NCBI GenBank assembly: GCA_046597055.1
Contig: JBKJLC010000083.1
Location: forward strand, 1-64,000
Source of the DNA: Kofleriaceae bacterium
GTDB taxonomy: Bacteria; Myxococcota_A; Polyangia; Haliangiales; Haliangiaceae
Reading direction: 5' to 3'
DNA: 64,000 nt
Shown piece by piece: positions 49,103-58,808 of the stretch (its first letter is position 1; each line of letters begins with the position of its first letter). The notes below the pieces were generated by a model. That model was not told where the DNA came from. It made no database searches and saw only the letters and a program-made list of their open reading frames with translations. Made by a program: the position numbers and the translations under genes.

Positions 49103-50446
49103 GTGGATCTCTTCCATCAGAGCGCACAGGCCCGGAGGCTCAACCAGCCGCTGGCCGAGCGTATGCGACCGCGATCGCTCGCGGAATTCATCGGGCAGGA
49201 GCACCTGCTCGGCCCCGGCCGCCTGCTCGGGCAACTCGGCCCCGGGCAGAACATTCCGTCGCTTCTGCTCTGGGGACCGCCTGGGACTGGAAAGACCACC
49301 CTTGCTCGGCTGATGGCCGAGGCGCTGCGTGCGCACTTCATCACGCTGTCGGCGGTCCAGGCCGGTGTGAAGGAGGTGCGGGAGGCAGTCGCCGAGGCGG
49401 CCACCCGCCGCGACCAGTACGGACGCAAGACCCTGCTCTTCATCGACGAGATCCACCGCTTCTCGCGCACCCAGCAAGACGCGCTGCTGCCCCACGTCGA
49501 GGCCGGCACGGTCACGCTGGTCGGGGCAACCACCGAAAATCCGTCGTTCGGCGTGGTCGCGGCGCTGCTTTCCCGATGCCGGGTGGTGCGCCTCGAGGCC
49601 CTGACCGAGGAGGCGCTGGCGCTGATCTTGCGCCGCGCGATCGCCGACCGCGAGCGCGGCCTGGCTGCCATACCGGTCGCGGTGGCCGACCCGGTGATCG
49701 CCGAGATCGCGACCCTGGCCGCCGGCGACGGGCGGCGCGCGCTCGGCGTGCTCGAGGCCGCCGCCTCCCTGGCCCGCGGCATGGGGGGCGTCGGCGATGG
49801 CGTCACCCCCATCGACATCAGCCGTGAGCAGGTGATCGAAGCCGCCCAGACCCGTGCGCTCGCTTACGACAAGGCGGGCGACGAGCACTACTCCGTCATC
49901 AGCGCCTTCATCAAGAGCCTGCGCGGCAGCGATCCGGACGCCGCGGTCTACTGGATGACGCGGATGCTGGAGGCCGGAGAGGACCCGCGCTTCATCTTGC
50001 GTCGGATCGTCATCTTCGCGTCCGAGGACGTCGGCAACGCGGATCCGCAGGCGCTCGGGGTCGCGGTCGCCGCGCTCAACGCGTTCGAGCTGGTCGGCCT
50101 GCCCGAGGGCGCGCTGTGTCTGACCCAGGCCGTCGTCTACCTGGCCTGTGCGCCGAAATCGAACACCGCGCTGACCGCGTACGGCGCGGCGCGGCGGCTG
50201 GTCCGCGAGCATGGCGCGCTGCCGGTGCCGCCCGCGTTGAAGAACGCCACCAACGCGCTCGCCCGCCAGATGGGCCACGGCCAGGGCTACAAGTATCCGC
50301 ACGACTTCGAGGGCGCGTACGTGCCGGCCGACTACCTGCCGGTCGCCCTGGTCGGCCAGCGTATTTACGAGCCGACCACCTCCGGCTACGAAGCCGAGAT
50401 CCAGGCGCGGCTCGCGGCCCTCGCGGCCCACCGCAAGCGCGGCTGA
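49103..50446 (+). CDS. rarA: Replication-associated recombination protein A
   Basis: PLAERMRP, WGPPGTGKTT, FIDEIHRF, ATTENPSF, ISAFIKSLRGSDPDAA. Confidence 0.96.
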   Translation: MDLFHQSAQARRLNQPLAERMRPRSLAEFIGQEHLLGPGRLLGQLGPGQNIPSLLLWGPPGTGKTTLARLMAEALRAHFITLSAVQAGVKEVREAVAEAATRRDQYGRKTLLFIDEIHRFSRTQQDALLPHVEAGTVTLVGATTENPSFGVVAALLSRCRVVRLEALTEEALALILRRAIADRERGLAAIPVAVADPVIAEIATLAAGDGRRALGVLEAAASLARGMGGVGDGVTPIDISREQVIEAAQTRALAYDKAGDEHYSVISAFIKSLRGSDPDAAVYWMTRMLEAGEDPRFILRRIVIFASEDVGNADPQALGVAVAALNAFELVGLPEGALCLTQAVVYLACAPKSNTALTAYGAARRLVREHGALPVPPALKNATNALARQMGHGQGYKYPHDFEGAYVPADYLPVALVGQRIYEPTTSGYEAEIQARLAALAAHRKRG

Positions 50447-50591
50447 GCAGCGGCAGCGGGCGTCCGCTCGCATGGATCGGATCGGGCACCCGGGCGGGTC
50501 GATCGAAAGCGAGGCCTGTGACGTGAATGCTTCACCGCCTCTGACCCCGCGGAGGTGCCCCGCCGCGCCGTTCCGTGATACTCGTTACGCG

Positions 50592-50858
50592 ATGTCTGCC
50601 GCGCTCGATCCCGCCCATGAGGAGTTGTTCCTGGGCATCGCCTACGCGCTGTTCATGAATCGCCTGCACGTCCTGCGGCTCACCGAGGTGGTCCGTCATG
50701 GAATCCGGCCCAATCCCGAGGACGGGAACATGGAGGTCCCGGAGCCGCTCGACACCGAGCTGAAGCAGCAGGCGGTCGACTACGTGCTGAAGTGCTTCCC
50801 GCAGCACTTCGCCAGGAAGCTGGCCTCGTCGACCGAGACCTGGCTCGCGCTGTCCTGA
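50592..50858 (+). CDS. Small hypothetical protein
   Basis: MSAALDPAHEELFLGIAYALFMNRLHVLRLTE; strong coding bias. Confidence 0.7.
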   Translation: MSAALDPAHEELFLGIAYALFMNRLHVLRLTEVVRHGIRPNPEDGNMEVPEPLDTELKQQAVDYVLKCFPQHFARKLASSTETWLALS

Positions 50859-50990
50859 GCGTCGCGCGCGACGCCGGTCGACGGCCGGGGTGCCATCGGT
50901 CGTGATCACCGGGCCGCGCCCCGCGCACGCGATGCGGGTCTGACGGCGGCGCGCACGCGCGGGTGGGCTGCGAGCTGCTAGCCTCGCGCC

Positions 50991-51920
50991 GTGGTTGTTG
51001 TTCGCCTGCTGGTCGTATTCGTCGTCGCGGTCTCTGGGGTCGGCGCCTGCGCGCGTACCGGCCCACCCGATCCCACGATGGCCGCGCTCCACCGCGATCT
51101 CGAGCGGACGGTCTCGGTCGCGGCCGCGGCCGGCTGGAGCATCGACCGACTGGAGATCGACGACGCGCTGCCGGCCGCGCTCGACTCGGTGTGCCGGGTC
51201 GATCCGCTGGCGCGGCGCGCGCTGCTGACCTGGCTCGGCGAGGAGATCCACCGGCGCGGCGGGCCGGTCGAGAAGGCCTTCGCTGCCCGCGGTCGAAGCC
51301 TCGGCCGGGTCACCGAGCTCCTGGTGCTGACCCGCGCGCGCCTGCTGCTGGCCGCCGCCGACGACGCGGCCGGCACCGACTGTCCGTTCTGGCTCGGGGT
51401 CGAGGAGCCGTTCCGCGGTCGCCAGATCAGCGACGACCGCTGGCAGCTCAGCCTCGGCGGGGGTGGCAAGGGGCTGGCGATCCGCCAGGGCGAGCAGCGC
51501 GACCTCTCGTTCGGCGGCGCCGGCCGCCTGCTGATCGGGCGCGCCTTCGGCTCGCGCTCGGCGCTGTTCACCGGCCTCGAGCTCGGCGCCAGCGCGTCGT
51601 TCCCCAAGGACGACCTCGGCCAGCGCGGCGCGCTGCTGATCGCGGTCGACCTGGTGGTGCCGCTGGTCTACCGCCACACGTTCACCAACGCCTACGTCGA
51701 GGTCTCCGCCGGCTGGCTCGGCCACACCACCGAGGACGACCTCGAGCGGATCGATCAGGGCTTCCACGTCGGCGCGTCGGTCGGCGCGCGCGCGCTGCGC
51801 ACCCGCTTCTTCTTCCCCGGGGCCGCGCTCGGCGTGTCGTACGAGCAGACGCTGGTCGACGGCGCCGATCTGTCGATGCTCAAGCTCGGGGCCCGGGTCG
51901 CGTTCGACGCCAACCTGTGA
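50991..51920 (+). CDS. Hypothetical lipoprotein with C-terminal beta-barrel-like region
   Basis: VGAC lipobox, helical N-half, amphipathic beta strands in the C-half. Confidence 0.7.
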   Translation: MVVVRLLVVFVVAVSGVGACARTGPPDPTMAALHRDLERTVSVAAAAGWSIDRLEIDDALPAALDSVCRVDPLARRALLTWLGEEIHRRGGPVEKAFAARGRSLGRVTELLVLTRARLLLAAADDAAGTDCPFWLGVEEPFRGRQISDDRWQLSLGGGGKGLAIRQGEQRDLSFGGAGRLLIGRAFGSRSALFTGLELGASASFPKDDLGQRGALLIAVDLVVPLVYRHTFTNAYVEVSAGWLGHTTEDDLERIDQGFHVGASVGARALRTRFFFPGAALGVSYEQTLVDGADLSMLKLGARVAFDANL

Positions 51921-51944
51921 GACGGCGCGCGTGCCGTCACGTGC

Positions 51945-52568
51945 TCAGGGGGTGGCGCCGAGCATGCCCCGACGCTCGATGAAGTCGACGATCGCCGCGA
52001 CCCCGGCGCCGTCCTTGATGCACGTGAACACGAACGGGCGGTCGCCGCGCATGCGGCGGCTGTCGCGGTCCATGACCTCGAGCGAGGCCCCGACGTGGGG
52101 CGCCAGGTCGGTCTTGTTGATCACCAGCAGGTCGGACCGGGTGATGCCGGGGCCGCCCTTGCGCGGAATCTTGTCGCCGGCGGCGACGTCGATCACGTAC
52201 AGGGTGAGGTCCGACAGCTCGGGGCTGAAGGTCGCCGCCAGGTTGTCGCCGCCGCTCTCGATGATCACGAGCTCGAGCTCGGGGAAGCGTCGGACCAGCT
52301 CGTCGATCGCGCCCAGGTTGATCGACGCGTCCTCGCGGATCGCGGTGTGCGGGCAGCCCCCGGTCTCGACGCCGACGATGCGATCGGCCGGGAGCGCCTC
52401 GCTGCGCAGCAAGAACTCGGCGTCCTCGCGCGTGTAGATGTCGTTGGTGACGACCGCCATCTGGTAGCGATCGCGCAGCGCCTTGCACAGCGCGTCGACG
52501 AGGGCGGTCTTGCCGGAGCCGACGGGGCCGCCGACGCCGACACGGAGGAGGTGGTGGTCGTGGGTCAT
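51945..52568 (-). CDS. ureG: Urease accessory GTPase UreG
   Basis: [48 protein letters not shown]. Confidence 0.97.
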   Translation of the reverse strand: MTHDHHLLRVGVGGPVGSGKTALVDALCKALRDRYQMAVVTNDIYTREDAEFLLRSEALPADRIVGVETGGCPHTAIREDASINLGAIDELVRRFPELELVIIESGGDNLAATFSPELSDLTLYVIDVAAGDKIPRKGGPGITRSDLLVINKTDLAPHVGASLEVMDRDSRRMRGDRPFVFTCIKDGAGVAAIVDFIERRGMLGATP

Positions 52569-52582
52569 CAGTGGGTCTCCCG

Positions 52583-53134
52583 TCAGGAACGAAACAGCCG
52601 GACCTCGTCGGTCTCGTGCCAGGCGGCGGCGATCGCCGCGCCCGGCGCACACGCCCCGAGATCGTCATCGGTGGTGGCGCGCGCGGTGGCGACGATCGCC
52701 AAGATCGCCGCGCCCAGCGCGGCGAGCAGGCGCTGGCCGGCGGTCTGGCCGAGCGGCACCAGCTTCACCGCGACCGCGACCTGGGCCTCGCACCAGGCCC
52801 ACGCGTAGGAGAGCAGCCGAGCCAGGGCGTGTCCGAGCCAGCGATCGGCGGCGCGCGCCTCGGCGCTGTCGCGCATCGCCCGCAGGCGTGCGGCCCAGCC
52901 GTCGAACGCCGGGCCGTCGTCGGTCGTCGCGCGCAGCCGCGCGAGCACCGCGAGGTCGGTGGTGGCCAGGCAGCCGCGCAGCCGGCCGCCGATCCAGCCC
53001 TCGGCGCCAGCGGCATCCGCGACCCAGCCGCGCAGGATCGCGGTCTCCAGGCCGTCGGAGTACGCATACGCGCCGATCGGCAAGGCCGGGCTCACCAGCT
53101 GCAGGAGCCGCATCAGTCCGAGGTCGACGTTCAT
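52583..53134 (-). CDS. ureF: Urease accessory protein UreF, short (probable internal deletion)
   Basis: [37 protein letters not shown]...RLFRS; only 183 aa. Confidence 0.8.
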   Translation of the reverse strand: MNVDLGLMRLLQLVSPALPIGAYAYSDGLETAILRGWVADAAGAEGWIGGRLRGCLATTDLAVLARLRATTDDGPAFDGWAARLRAMRDSAEARAADRWLGHALARLLSYAWAWCEAQVAVAVKLVPLGQTAGQRLLAALGAAILAIVATARATTDDDLGACAPGAAIAAAWHETDEVRLFRS

Positions 53135-53145
53135 GTCGGCTCGTC

Positions 53146-53195
53146 CGGCTCGGGGTCGGGGTCGGGGTCGTGGTCGTGGTCGGGGTCGGGGTCGG
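53146..53195. repeat. Hexamer tandem repeat (TCGGGG/TCGTGG units)
   Basis: Directly visible upstream of ureF. Confidence 0.8.
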
Positions 53196-53203
53196 CTACG
53201 CGA

Positions 53204-53224
53204 GCCCTGGCTCAGGGCCACCGG
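53204..53224 (-). repeat. REP-like dispersed element, truncated copy 2
   Basis: GCCCTGGCTCAGGGCCACCGG is 20/21 identical to 58672-58692. Confidence 0.6.
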
Positions 53225-53848
53225 AACCTGATCTCGATCTCCGTCAGGGGCGCCGTGGTCGAGGTGCGGCCCGGCTTTTCCAGCGTCGAGCCCGACGTCG
53301 CCGTTGCGGTCATGGCGGCGTCGTCGTCGCGGTCACGGAGGCGTCGTCGTCGCGGTCTCGCCGAGCGACAGCACAGGTCGTCCCGACCTGTCCGGTGGGT
53401 TTCGCGCAGCGCTTACAGAAAATCATCGAAGTGGCGTGCGGCCTCCAGGCGTGAATCGTCCCGTCGCACTTTGCGACCGCGCCCGATCGCCCGATCGCAC
53501 AGCACCACCTGCTCACGGGGCGGGTGCGCCCGGTCTGAGCGGGAGGGCTCGTACGCACTGCCGACTCCTGAAAGTGCGCCGTGTGCGGATGTAGGTGCGT
53601 GCTCGCAGCGTCGCTGTGGGGAGGTGTAGCGACGCGTCCGCGGCGCGCGCGTTCCGGTGGCTCCACGATGTGCCGACATGTCCGCCAATCCCGCAGCGCA
53701 GCGGGCTCGCTCTTGCAGCAGTCGGAAATCGCGAGAGTTCACGGGACAGTCTGGTGGGTCGATCTCGATCACCCCGTGCCGTCGGTGTCACGCCAGGCGT
53801 GGCACGCGTCGTCGCCCCGGCTCTCGCTTGTCGCGGCATTGGCTTTCA

Positions 53849-54727
53849 ATGACCGAGATTGACAATCCGACTCAGGTCACCATTTTCGGAAGGAACATCT
53901 TGATCTTCAACTCGAAACTCGATCTCGTCGGCGTCGGCATCGCCGCCCTCCTGCTCTCGCTCACCACCGGCTGCGGCGACAGCATGAGAGCGGCCGATGG
54001 CGTCTATGGCGTCGATGGCGGGGCCGGCGAGGGCGTCAGCGAGGCGCTCAAGGCCGCGTGGCTGCCGGTGAACCTCGGGTCCGCCGGTGACTTCGTGATC
54101 CTCGCCAAGAGCGGCGTCTCGACGGTTCCGCCGGCGGTCATCACGGGCGACCTCGGCGTCAGCCCGATCGCGGCCACCGCCATCACCGGCTTCTCGCTGA
54201 CCGCCGACGCCACCAACATCTTCGCGACCTCGCCCCAGGTGACCGGGAGGGTGTACGCGGCCAGCTATGCGTCGCCCACGCCGTCGCGGTTGACGACCGC
54301 GATCGGCGACATGGAGCGCGCCTTCACCGACGCGGCCGGGCGCGCGCCGGGCGTCACCGAGCTCGGCGCCGGTAACATCGGCGGAAAGACGCTCCTGCCG
54401 GGCGTCTACAAGTGGAGCACCGGCGTCCTGATCCCCGCCAGCGTCACGCTCCGGGGCAGCTCGACGGACGTCTGGATCTTCCAGATCGCCCAGAACCTGG
54501 CCATGAGCAGCGGGACCCAGATCGTGCTGGCGGATGGGGCACGAGCCGAGAACATCGTGTGGCAGGTCAGCGGTGGGGTGACGCTCGGGACGACCGCGCA
54601 CCTCGAGGGCGTCGTGCTGGCCAAGACCGCCATCACGCTGCAGTCGGCCGCGTCGGTCCGTGGCCGACTCCTGTCGCAGACCGCCGTCACGCTCATCAAG
54701 AACACGGTCGCCAAGCCCGGCGCGTGA
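53849..54727 (+). CDS. Ice-binding family protein (DUF3494), lipoprotein
   Basis: VNLGSAGDFVILAKSG, ITGDLGVSP, DMERAFTDAAGR, LLPGVYK, VWIFQI, NIVWQV, GRLLSQTAVTL; LTTGC lipobox. Alternative start TTG 53900 has an AGGA RBS. Confidence 0.92.
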   Translation: MTEIDNPTQVTIFGRNILIFNSKLDLVGVGIAALLLSLTTGCGDSMRAADGVYGVDGGAGEGVSEALKAAWLPVNLGSAGDFVILAKSGVSTVPPAVITGDLGVSPIAATAITGFSLTADATNIFATSPQVTGRVYAASYASPTPSRLTTAIGDMERAFTDAAGRAPGVTELGAGNIGGKTLLPGVYKWSTGVLIPASVTLRGSSTDVWIFQIAQNLAMSSGTQIVLADGARAENIVWQVSGGVTLGTTAHLEGVVLAKTAITLQSAASVRGRLLSQTAVTLIKNTVAKPGA

Positions 54728-54782
54728 CCGAAGCCGGGCCGCGAGCCCGGGCGACTCCTGGAACCCCGAGCCGGTGGCGGGC

Positions 54783-54922
54783 GTGATCGGGCACGGGGTG
54801 CCGATTTGCGTGGCGCTCGAGCCGGTGGACCTGCGGCTGGGGGCGCAGCGTTGGGGCCTCGGGCGCGAGCGCATGCAGGTGGAGCCGCGGTCGCGGGCGT
54901 TGTTTGTGTTCGTCGGCAAGCG
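54783..54922 (+). pseudogene. IS66 accessory protein (TnpB/Orf2) N-terminal remnant
   Basis: VIGHGVPICVALEPVDLRLG...EPRSRALFVFVGKR resembles the IS66 Orf2 pattern (PVDMR.G...GALFVF.GKR); truncated, no transposase follows. Confidence 0.7.
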
Positions 54923-54934
54923 GGCACCAGCATG

Positions 54935-55711
54935 GCGGCTCCGGCTGGAGTGGGCGGCAGCGCGCTGATGCTGCGGCCGGATGCCGACGTGCTGACGGTT
55001 GCGCTCGATAGCGGCTTCCAGTCGGCCAGCTCGTTCGCGCGGGCCTTCGAGGACCACTTCGGCATGACCGCCACCCAGTGGCGCGCTGGCGGGGCGGCGG
55101 CGTGGAGCAAGGATCGGCGAGCGGTTCGCAAGCCGGGTCAAGCGGACCGCAAGGACTGCAACGCCCCGGCCGATGGCCTCGCGCATTCTCCGTCGGGAGA
55201 GGCGCTCGACGCCTCGCCACCCACGGAGAACCTCATGAACGCGACCGTGAAGACCCTGCCGAGTTACCGACTGGCCTACATGCGATACACCGGCCCCTAT
55301 GGCGCCAACAGCGGCATCCCGCAGCTGTGGATGCGGCTGCAGCGCTGGGCGATACCGCGCGACCTGTGGACCGCCGACCGCCTGTGCATGGGCATCGCCT
55401 ACGATCACCCCGCGGTGACCGATCCGGCGAAGTGCCGCTACGACGCCGGCATCGTCGTCCCGCCCGGGCTCGAGCTCGATGCGCAGGTGAACGTCCTCGA
55501 CTTTTCCGGCGGCAAGTTCTGCGTGGCACCGTTCGAGGGCACCGCGCGCGACATCGCCGACAGCTGGGGCCGCGTGTTCAGCGAATGGATGCCGCGAAGT
55601 GGCTATCAGCCGACCGACGGTCCCTGCGTCGAGCTGTATCGCGGCGACGCCTTCGACGAAACGACCGGCGTGGTGCGGTGCGACCTGGGCACGCCGGTCA
55701 AGCCGCTGTAG
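54935..55711 (+). pseudogene. 5'-truncated, frameshifted AraC-GyrI regulator; GyrI-like domain intact from ATG 55235
   Basis: RLRLEWAA in one frame and LMLRPDADVLTVALDSGFQSASSFARAF...FGMTATQWR in another; GyrI-like YTGPYG, YDHP.VT...KCRYDA, EWMPRSGY. Confidence 0.75.
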
Positions 55712-55728
55712 CCGCGACGCACGGCCGT

Positions 55729-56091
55729 TCAGCGGGCCGCGACCTGGTCCGGCGTCCGGCGCGCCGATGCCCCGGCCCGCGACTGCCCGATCCACTCCCA
55801 CGCGCAGGCGGTGCCGCGCTCGGGTCGCAGGCTGACCGCGACGCTGAGCTCGGCGCACTCGTGATCGAAGATCAGCAGCGTCTCGACGTCCTCGACCACC
55901 CCGGCGACCAGGCGCAGGAACCCCTCGACGCCCGCGCGCAGCCCGGCGTCGTCGAAGCGCTCGGCCAGCTCCACCTGCGTGACCGAGGTCCAGAGCGCCC
56001 GCGACCGGGCCCGGGCCAGCCGCCAGCGGCTACCCCGCAGCAAGGGGTGACAGTGGATGGAGGGGGGCGTCATCGTCATCGCGTCCACCAT
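55729..56091 (-). CDS. Hypothetical protein
   Basis: Coding-like codon bias in the VTQVELAERFDDAGL...WEWIG segment; no motif recognised. Confidence 0.4.
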   Translation of the reverse strand: MVDAMTMTPPSIHCHPLLRGSRWRLARARSRALWTSVTQVELAERFDDAGLRAGVEGFLRLVAGVVEDVETLLIFDHECAELSVAVSLRPERGTACAWEWIGQSRAGASARRTPDQVAAR

Positions 56092-56174
56092 CGCAGCCGT
56101 GCATGGACGCCAGGACTGGCTCCGGCAACCGCTGGGGAACGTTTGCGTGGCGGCGCGAACCGCCGTTCCCGCGG

Positions 56175-56564
56175 TCACGCCAGCGTGGTGCCCAGCCAGC
56201 CGGCGACCCCCAGCGGCAGGAACGCGATCCACTGGCCCAGCTGGATCAGCGCGCGCGGTCGCTTCGACGCCAGCGCGACCGCCACGAACAGCCCGGCGTA
56301 CGCGAGGTACAGCGTGGCGACCGCGCGCACGAGGGTGTCGGTGCCAGCCGAGGGTGCCAGGCCGGTGGCGACCAGGGCGAGCCCGGCCAGCCCCAGCTGG
56401 GCGCTGACGCCATGCCACACGACATGCATGGTGTCGCGGGCGACCGCGTCGAAGTGGGCCGCGAGCATGGGCCGGGCGACCGCACGGCCACCGCCGATGA
56501 CGTGGACGACCGTGAGCCAGAGCGAGGCGGTGCCGAGAACGAGGGCGGTGACATGGACGGACAT
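56175..56564 (-). CDS. Small 4-TM membrane protein
   Basis: Hydrophobic helices, HVIGGG, VVWH, LGQW; divergent from tetR. Confidence 0.75.
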   Translation of the reverse strand: MSVHVTALVLGTASLWLTVVHVIGGGRAVARPMLAAHFDAVARDTMHVVWHGVSAQLGLAGLALVATGLAPSAGTDTLVRAVATLYLAYAGLFVAVALASKRPRALIQLGQWIAFLPLGVAGWLGTTLA

Positions 56565-56578
56565 GGGATGACTCCTTC

Positions 56579-56600
56579 CACCATACGATGGCGTATGGTG
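56579..56600. promoter_or_regulatory. TetR operator 1
   Basis: CACCATACG-ATGG-CGTATGGTG, perfect 9-bp arms. Confidence 0.8.
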
Positions 56601-56640
56601 ACGAATTCGTCTCGCCCGATCGTGCTGGCGACCGCGAAAA

Positions 56641-56658
56641 ACATACGGTACCGTATGT
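56641..56658. promoter_or_regulatory. TetR operator 2
   Basis: ACATACGGTACCGTATGT perfect palindrome with the same CATACG-N4-CGTATG core, abutting the tetR start. Confidence 0.8.
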
Positions 56659-56659
56659 C

Positions 56660-57217
56660 ATGGCGCGCGCCGCTGGCCCCCGGGCACCCCTCGACTGGAT
56701 CCAGGCGGCGGTCGCGGCGCTGGGCCGCGAGGGGATCAAGGGCGTCCGGGTCGAGGCGCTGGCCCGCCGGCTGGGGGTGACCAAGGGCAGCTTCTACTGG
56801 CACTTCACCGACCAGCGCGCGCTGCTGGACGCGGTCCTGGCGCACTGGGCCGAGCTCGGCACCCGCGGCATCATCGAGCAGGTCGAGGCCGGCGGCGGCT
56901 CGGCGGCGGACCGGCTGCGCCGGCTGTGGCAAGTGGTCAGCGGACCCGACCTCGGGCCCGAGCTGGCCCTCCGCGACTGGGCGCGCAACGATCGGCGGGC
57001 CGCGGCCGCGGTGGCCCAGGTCGACAGCGAGCGCGTCGCGTACCTCCGGCGGTTGTTCCGCGAGCTGGGCTGCGCGCGCCGCGAGGCCGAGGCGCGGTCG
57101 CTGCTCCTCTACTCGCTCCTGGTCGGCGCCTATTTCATCCGGGCCGACCACGCCGGACGTACGCCAGCCTCGGTCGCCACCGATGCGGTCGACCTGCTGG
57201 TCACTCCGACCGGGTAG
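56660..57217 (+). CDS. TetR/AcrR family transcriptional regulator
   Basis: VRVEALARRLGVTKGSFYWHF HTH. Confidence 0.93.
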   Translation: MARAAGPRAPLDWIQAAVAALGREGIKGVRVEALARRLGVTKGSFYWHFTDQRALLDAVLAHWAELGTRGIIEQVEAGGGSAADRLRRLWQVVSGPDLGPELALRDWARNDRRAAAAVAQVDSERVAYLRRLFRELGCARREAEARSLLLYSLLVGAYFIRADHAGRTPASVATDAVDLLVTPTG

Positions 57218-57221
57218 CCGG

Positions 57222-58181
57222 TCAGGCGCCGAGCGTGCGGCGGGCGAGGTCGAGCGCGCGCGGGCCCAGCGTCGAGCCGCGCCAGGCGAGGGCGCGGGTG
57301 ACGACCAGCGCCTTGTCGGCCGAGCTCAGCCGCGGCCGGCCGGCGAACAGGTCGGCGCCGGCCGACTCGATCTTGTCGAGGATCCGGGTGCCGCCGTGCC
57401 ACATGAGCGCCAGCTCGACCGAGAGGTCGGCCGAGACCACCTCGACCAGCGGGCGAGCGCGCTCGAACAGGGCGCGGGTGCGTGCGACCAGGTAGCGGAC
57501 CAGGTGGCCGATCTGCGGGCTGGCGCGGCGTGCGGCGATGTCGGCCTCGGTGACGCCGAAGTGGCGGAGGTCCTCGGCCGGCACGTAGACCCGACCGCGC
57601 GCGAGGTCGGCGGGCATGTCCTGGACCAGACGAGCGATCGCGAGCCCACTCGACAGATCGTCGGAGAACGCGTGCAGGTGGGGCGCGCGATAGCCGCCGA
57701 TGTAGAGCAGCAGGTGGCCCACCGGCTCGGCGGCCTGGCGGGTGTAGCCGAGCAGCTCGCTCCAGGTCGCGTAGCGGTGGACGTCGAGGTCGGTCCGGAA
57801 GCCGGACAGGAGCTGGGTGAACTCGGTGATCGGCAGCGAGAACTTGGCGACGGTGTCGGCCAGCGCGATGAACACCGGGTGCTCGGGCGGGCGGCCGTAG
57901 TAGGTCGCGTGGAGGTCGGCCTCCCAGCGGTCGAGCTCGCGGGTCCGGCGGCCCTCGTAGGCGGCCTCGTCGGCGAAGTCGTCGGCCGCGCGCGCGAACG
58001 CGAACATCGCCCAGATGTGCTTGCGCAGCTGCGAGCGGGCGAAGATCGACGCCACCGGGAAGTTCTGGTGGTGGGCGTGGCAGAGCGCCTCGCAGTAGCG
58101 ATAGCAGGCCTCGAGCTCGAGGCTGGGCGGCAGGGGTACGGCCTGAGCCGGAGCCCGTCGGTCACCGATGCGATGGATCAC
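57222..58181 (-). CDS. hpnC: Squalene/phytoene synthase family protein, HpnC type
   Basis: HHQNFPVAS, FARAADDFADE, QDMPADLARGRVYVP, RP.LS..DK. Confidence 0.85.
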   Translation of the reverse strand: MIHRIGDRRAPAQAVPLPPSLELEACYRYCEALCHAHHQNFPVASIFARSQLRKHIWAMFAFARAADDFADEAAYEGRRTRELDRWEADLHATYYGRPPEHPVFIALADTVAKFSLPITEFTQLLSGFRTDLDVHRYATWSELLGYTRQAAEPVGHLLLYIGGYRAPHLHAFSDDLSSGLAIARLVQDMPADLARGRVYVPAEDLRHFGVTEADIAARRASPQIGHLVRYLVARTRALFERARPLVEVVSADLSVELALMWHGGTRILDKIESAGADLFAGRPRLSSADKALVVTRALAWRGSTLGPRALDLARRTLGA

Positions 58182-58384
58182 GTGCAGTCCTCGAGAATGG
58201 TGGCGCCAGCATAGCTCGCGCGGGGCAGAGCGACCGAGCGAAAGTGGCGTCCGGTCGGCCGGAGGGCCACGGGCGGGGTTCGCGGGTGGCCAGAAGCGAC
58301 CTCAGGGGGTTGATGGAACAACCGGGAGCGGGGTTACAGCCGGCCCCGCCGTTCGCCCCGAGGCGCGGGCGCTCGTGTTGAGCC

Positions 58385-58565
58385 CGGTGCCGGTGCCGAC
58401 GCGGATGCCGCTGCGGGCGTGGGTGCCGCTGCCGCTGCGGTTGCGGTTGCGGTTGCCGCTGCCGCTGCCGCTGCTGATGCCGATGCCGCTGCTGATGCCG
58501 ATGCCGATGCTCCTGCCGGTGCCGCGGCCGGTGTCCGCGGCGAATGCGGATGCCGCCGCTGCGGG
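58385..58565. repeat. Intergenic hexamer low-complexity tract (GCCGCT/GCGGTT/GCCGAT)
   Basis: Directly visible; similar in style to the tract at 24021. Confidence 0.85.
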
Positions 58566-58632
58566 TGGTTTCGCTCAGGATGCTCGGGGGGGGGCCTACT
58601 GCGAACGCAGGCGCGCGAGGTGCAGCATGTGA

Positions 58633-58692
58633 CTTCGACACTGCCCTTCGACGGCGGGCTCGCTTGCGCTCGCCCTGGCTCAGGGACACCGG
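58633..58692 (-). repeat. REP-like dispersed element, copy 3
   Basis: CTTCGACAC-TGCCCTTCGAC...GCTCGCTTGCGCTCGC-CCTGGCTCAGGGACACCGG. Confidence 0.6.
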
Positions 58693-58808
58693 GAAAGGTG
58701 GAGCTCTTCGCTCGCTCGGCGGGGCACCGGCAGCCGAGCGGCTCCGCGCAGGGGCAGGGGCAGCGGCACCCGCAGCGGCACCCGCAGCGGCAGCGGCAGC
58801 GGCGGCGG

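Noticed and set aside
53131..53260. Possible ureE C-terminal remnant (PEPG.A followed by DPDHDHDPD and an ATGA overlap with ureF)
   Set aside because: The PEPG-encoding DNA is the REP-like repeat also found at 58672, and the DH/DP tract is a hexamer repeat of a type seen elsewhere. The pieces are in different frames, so ureE origin is not supportable, though not excluded.
53800..53816. Sigma54 promoter upstream of the ice-binding gene (TGGCACG...)
   Set aside because: GG-to-GC spacing is 11 rather than 10, and there is no TGC at -12.
58334..58808. CRISPR array or real proteins in the repeat-rich spacer
   Set aside because: Only degenerate hexamer runs, with no constant repeat-spacer periodicity and no cas genes; the ORFs are low-complexity translations of the repeats.
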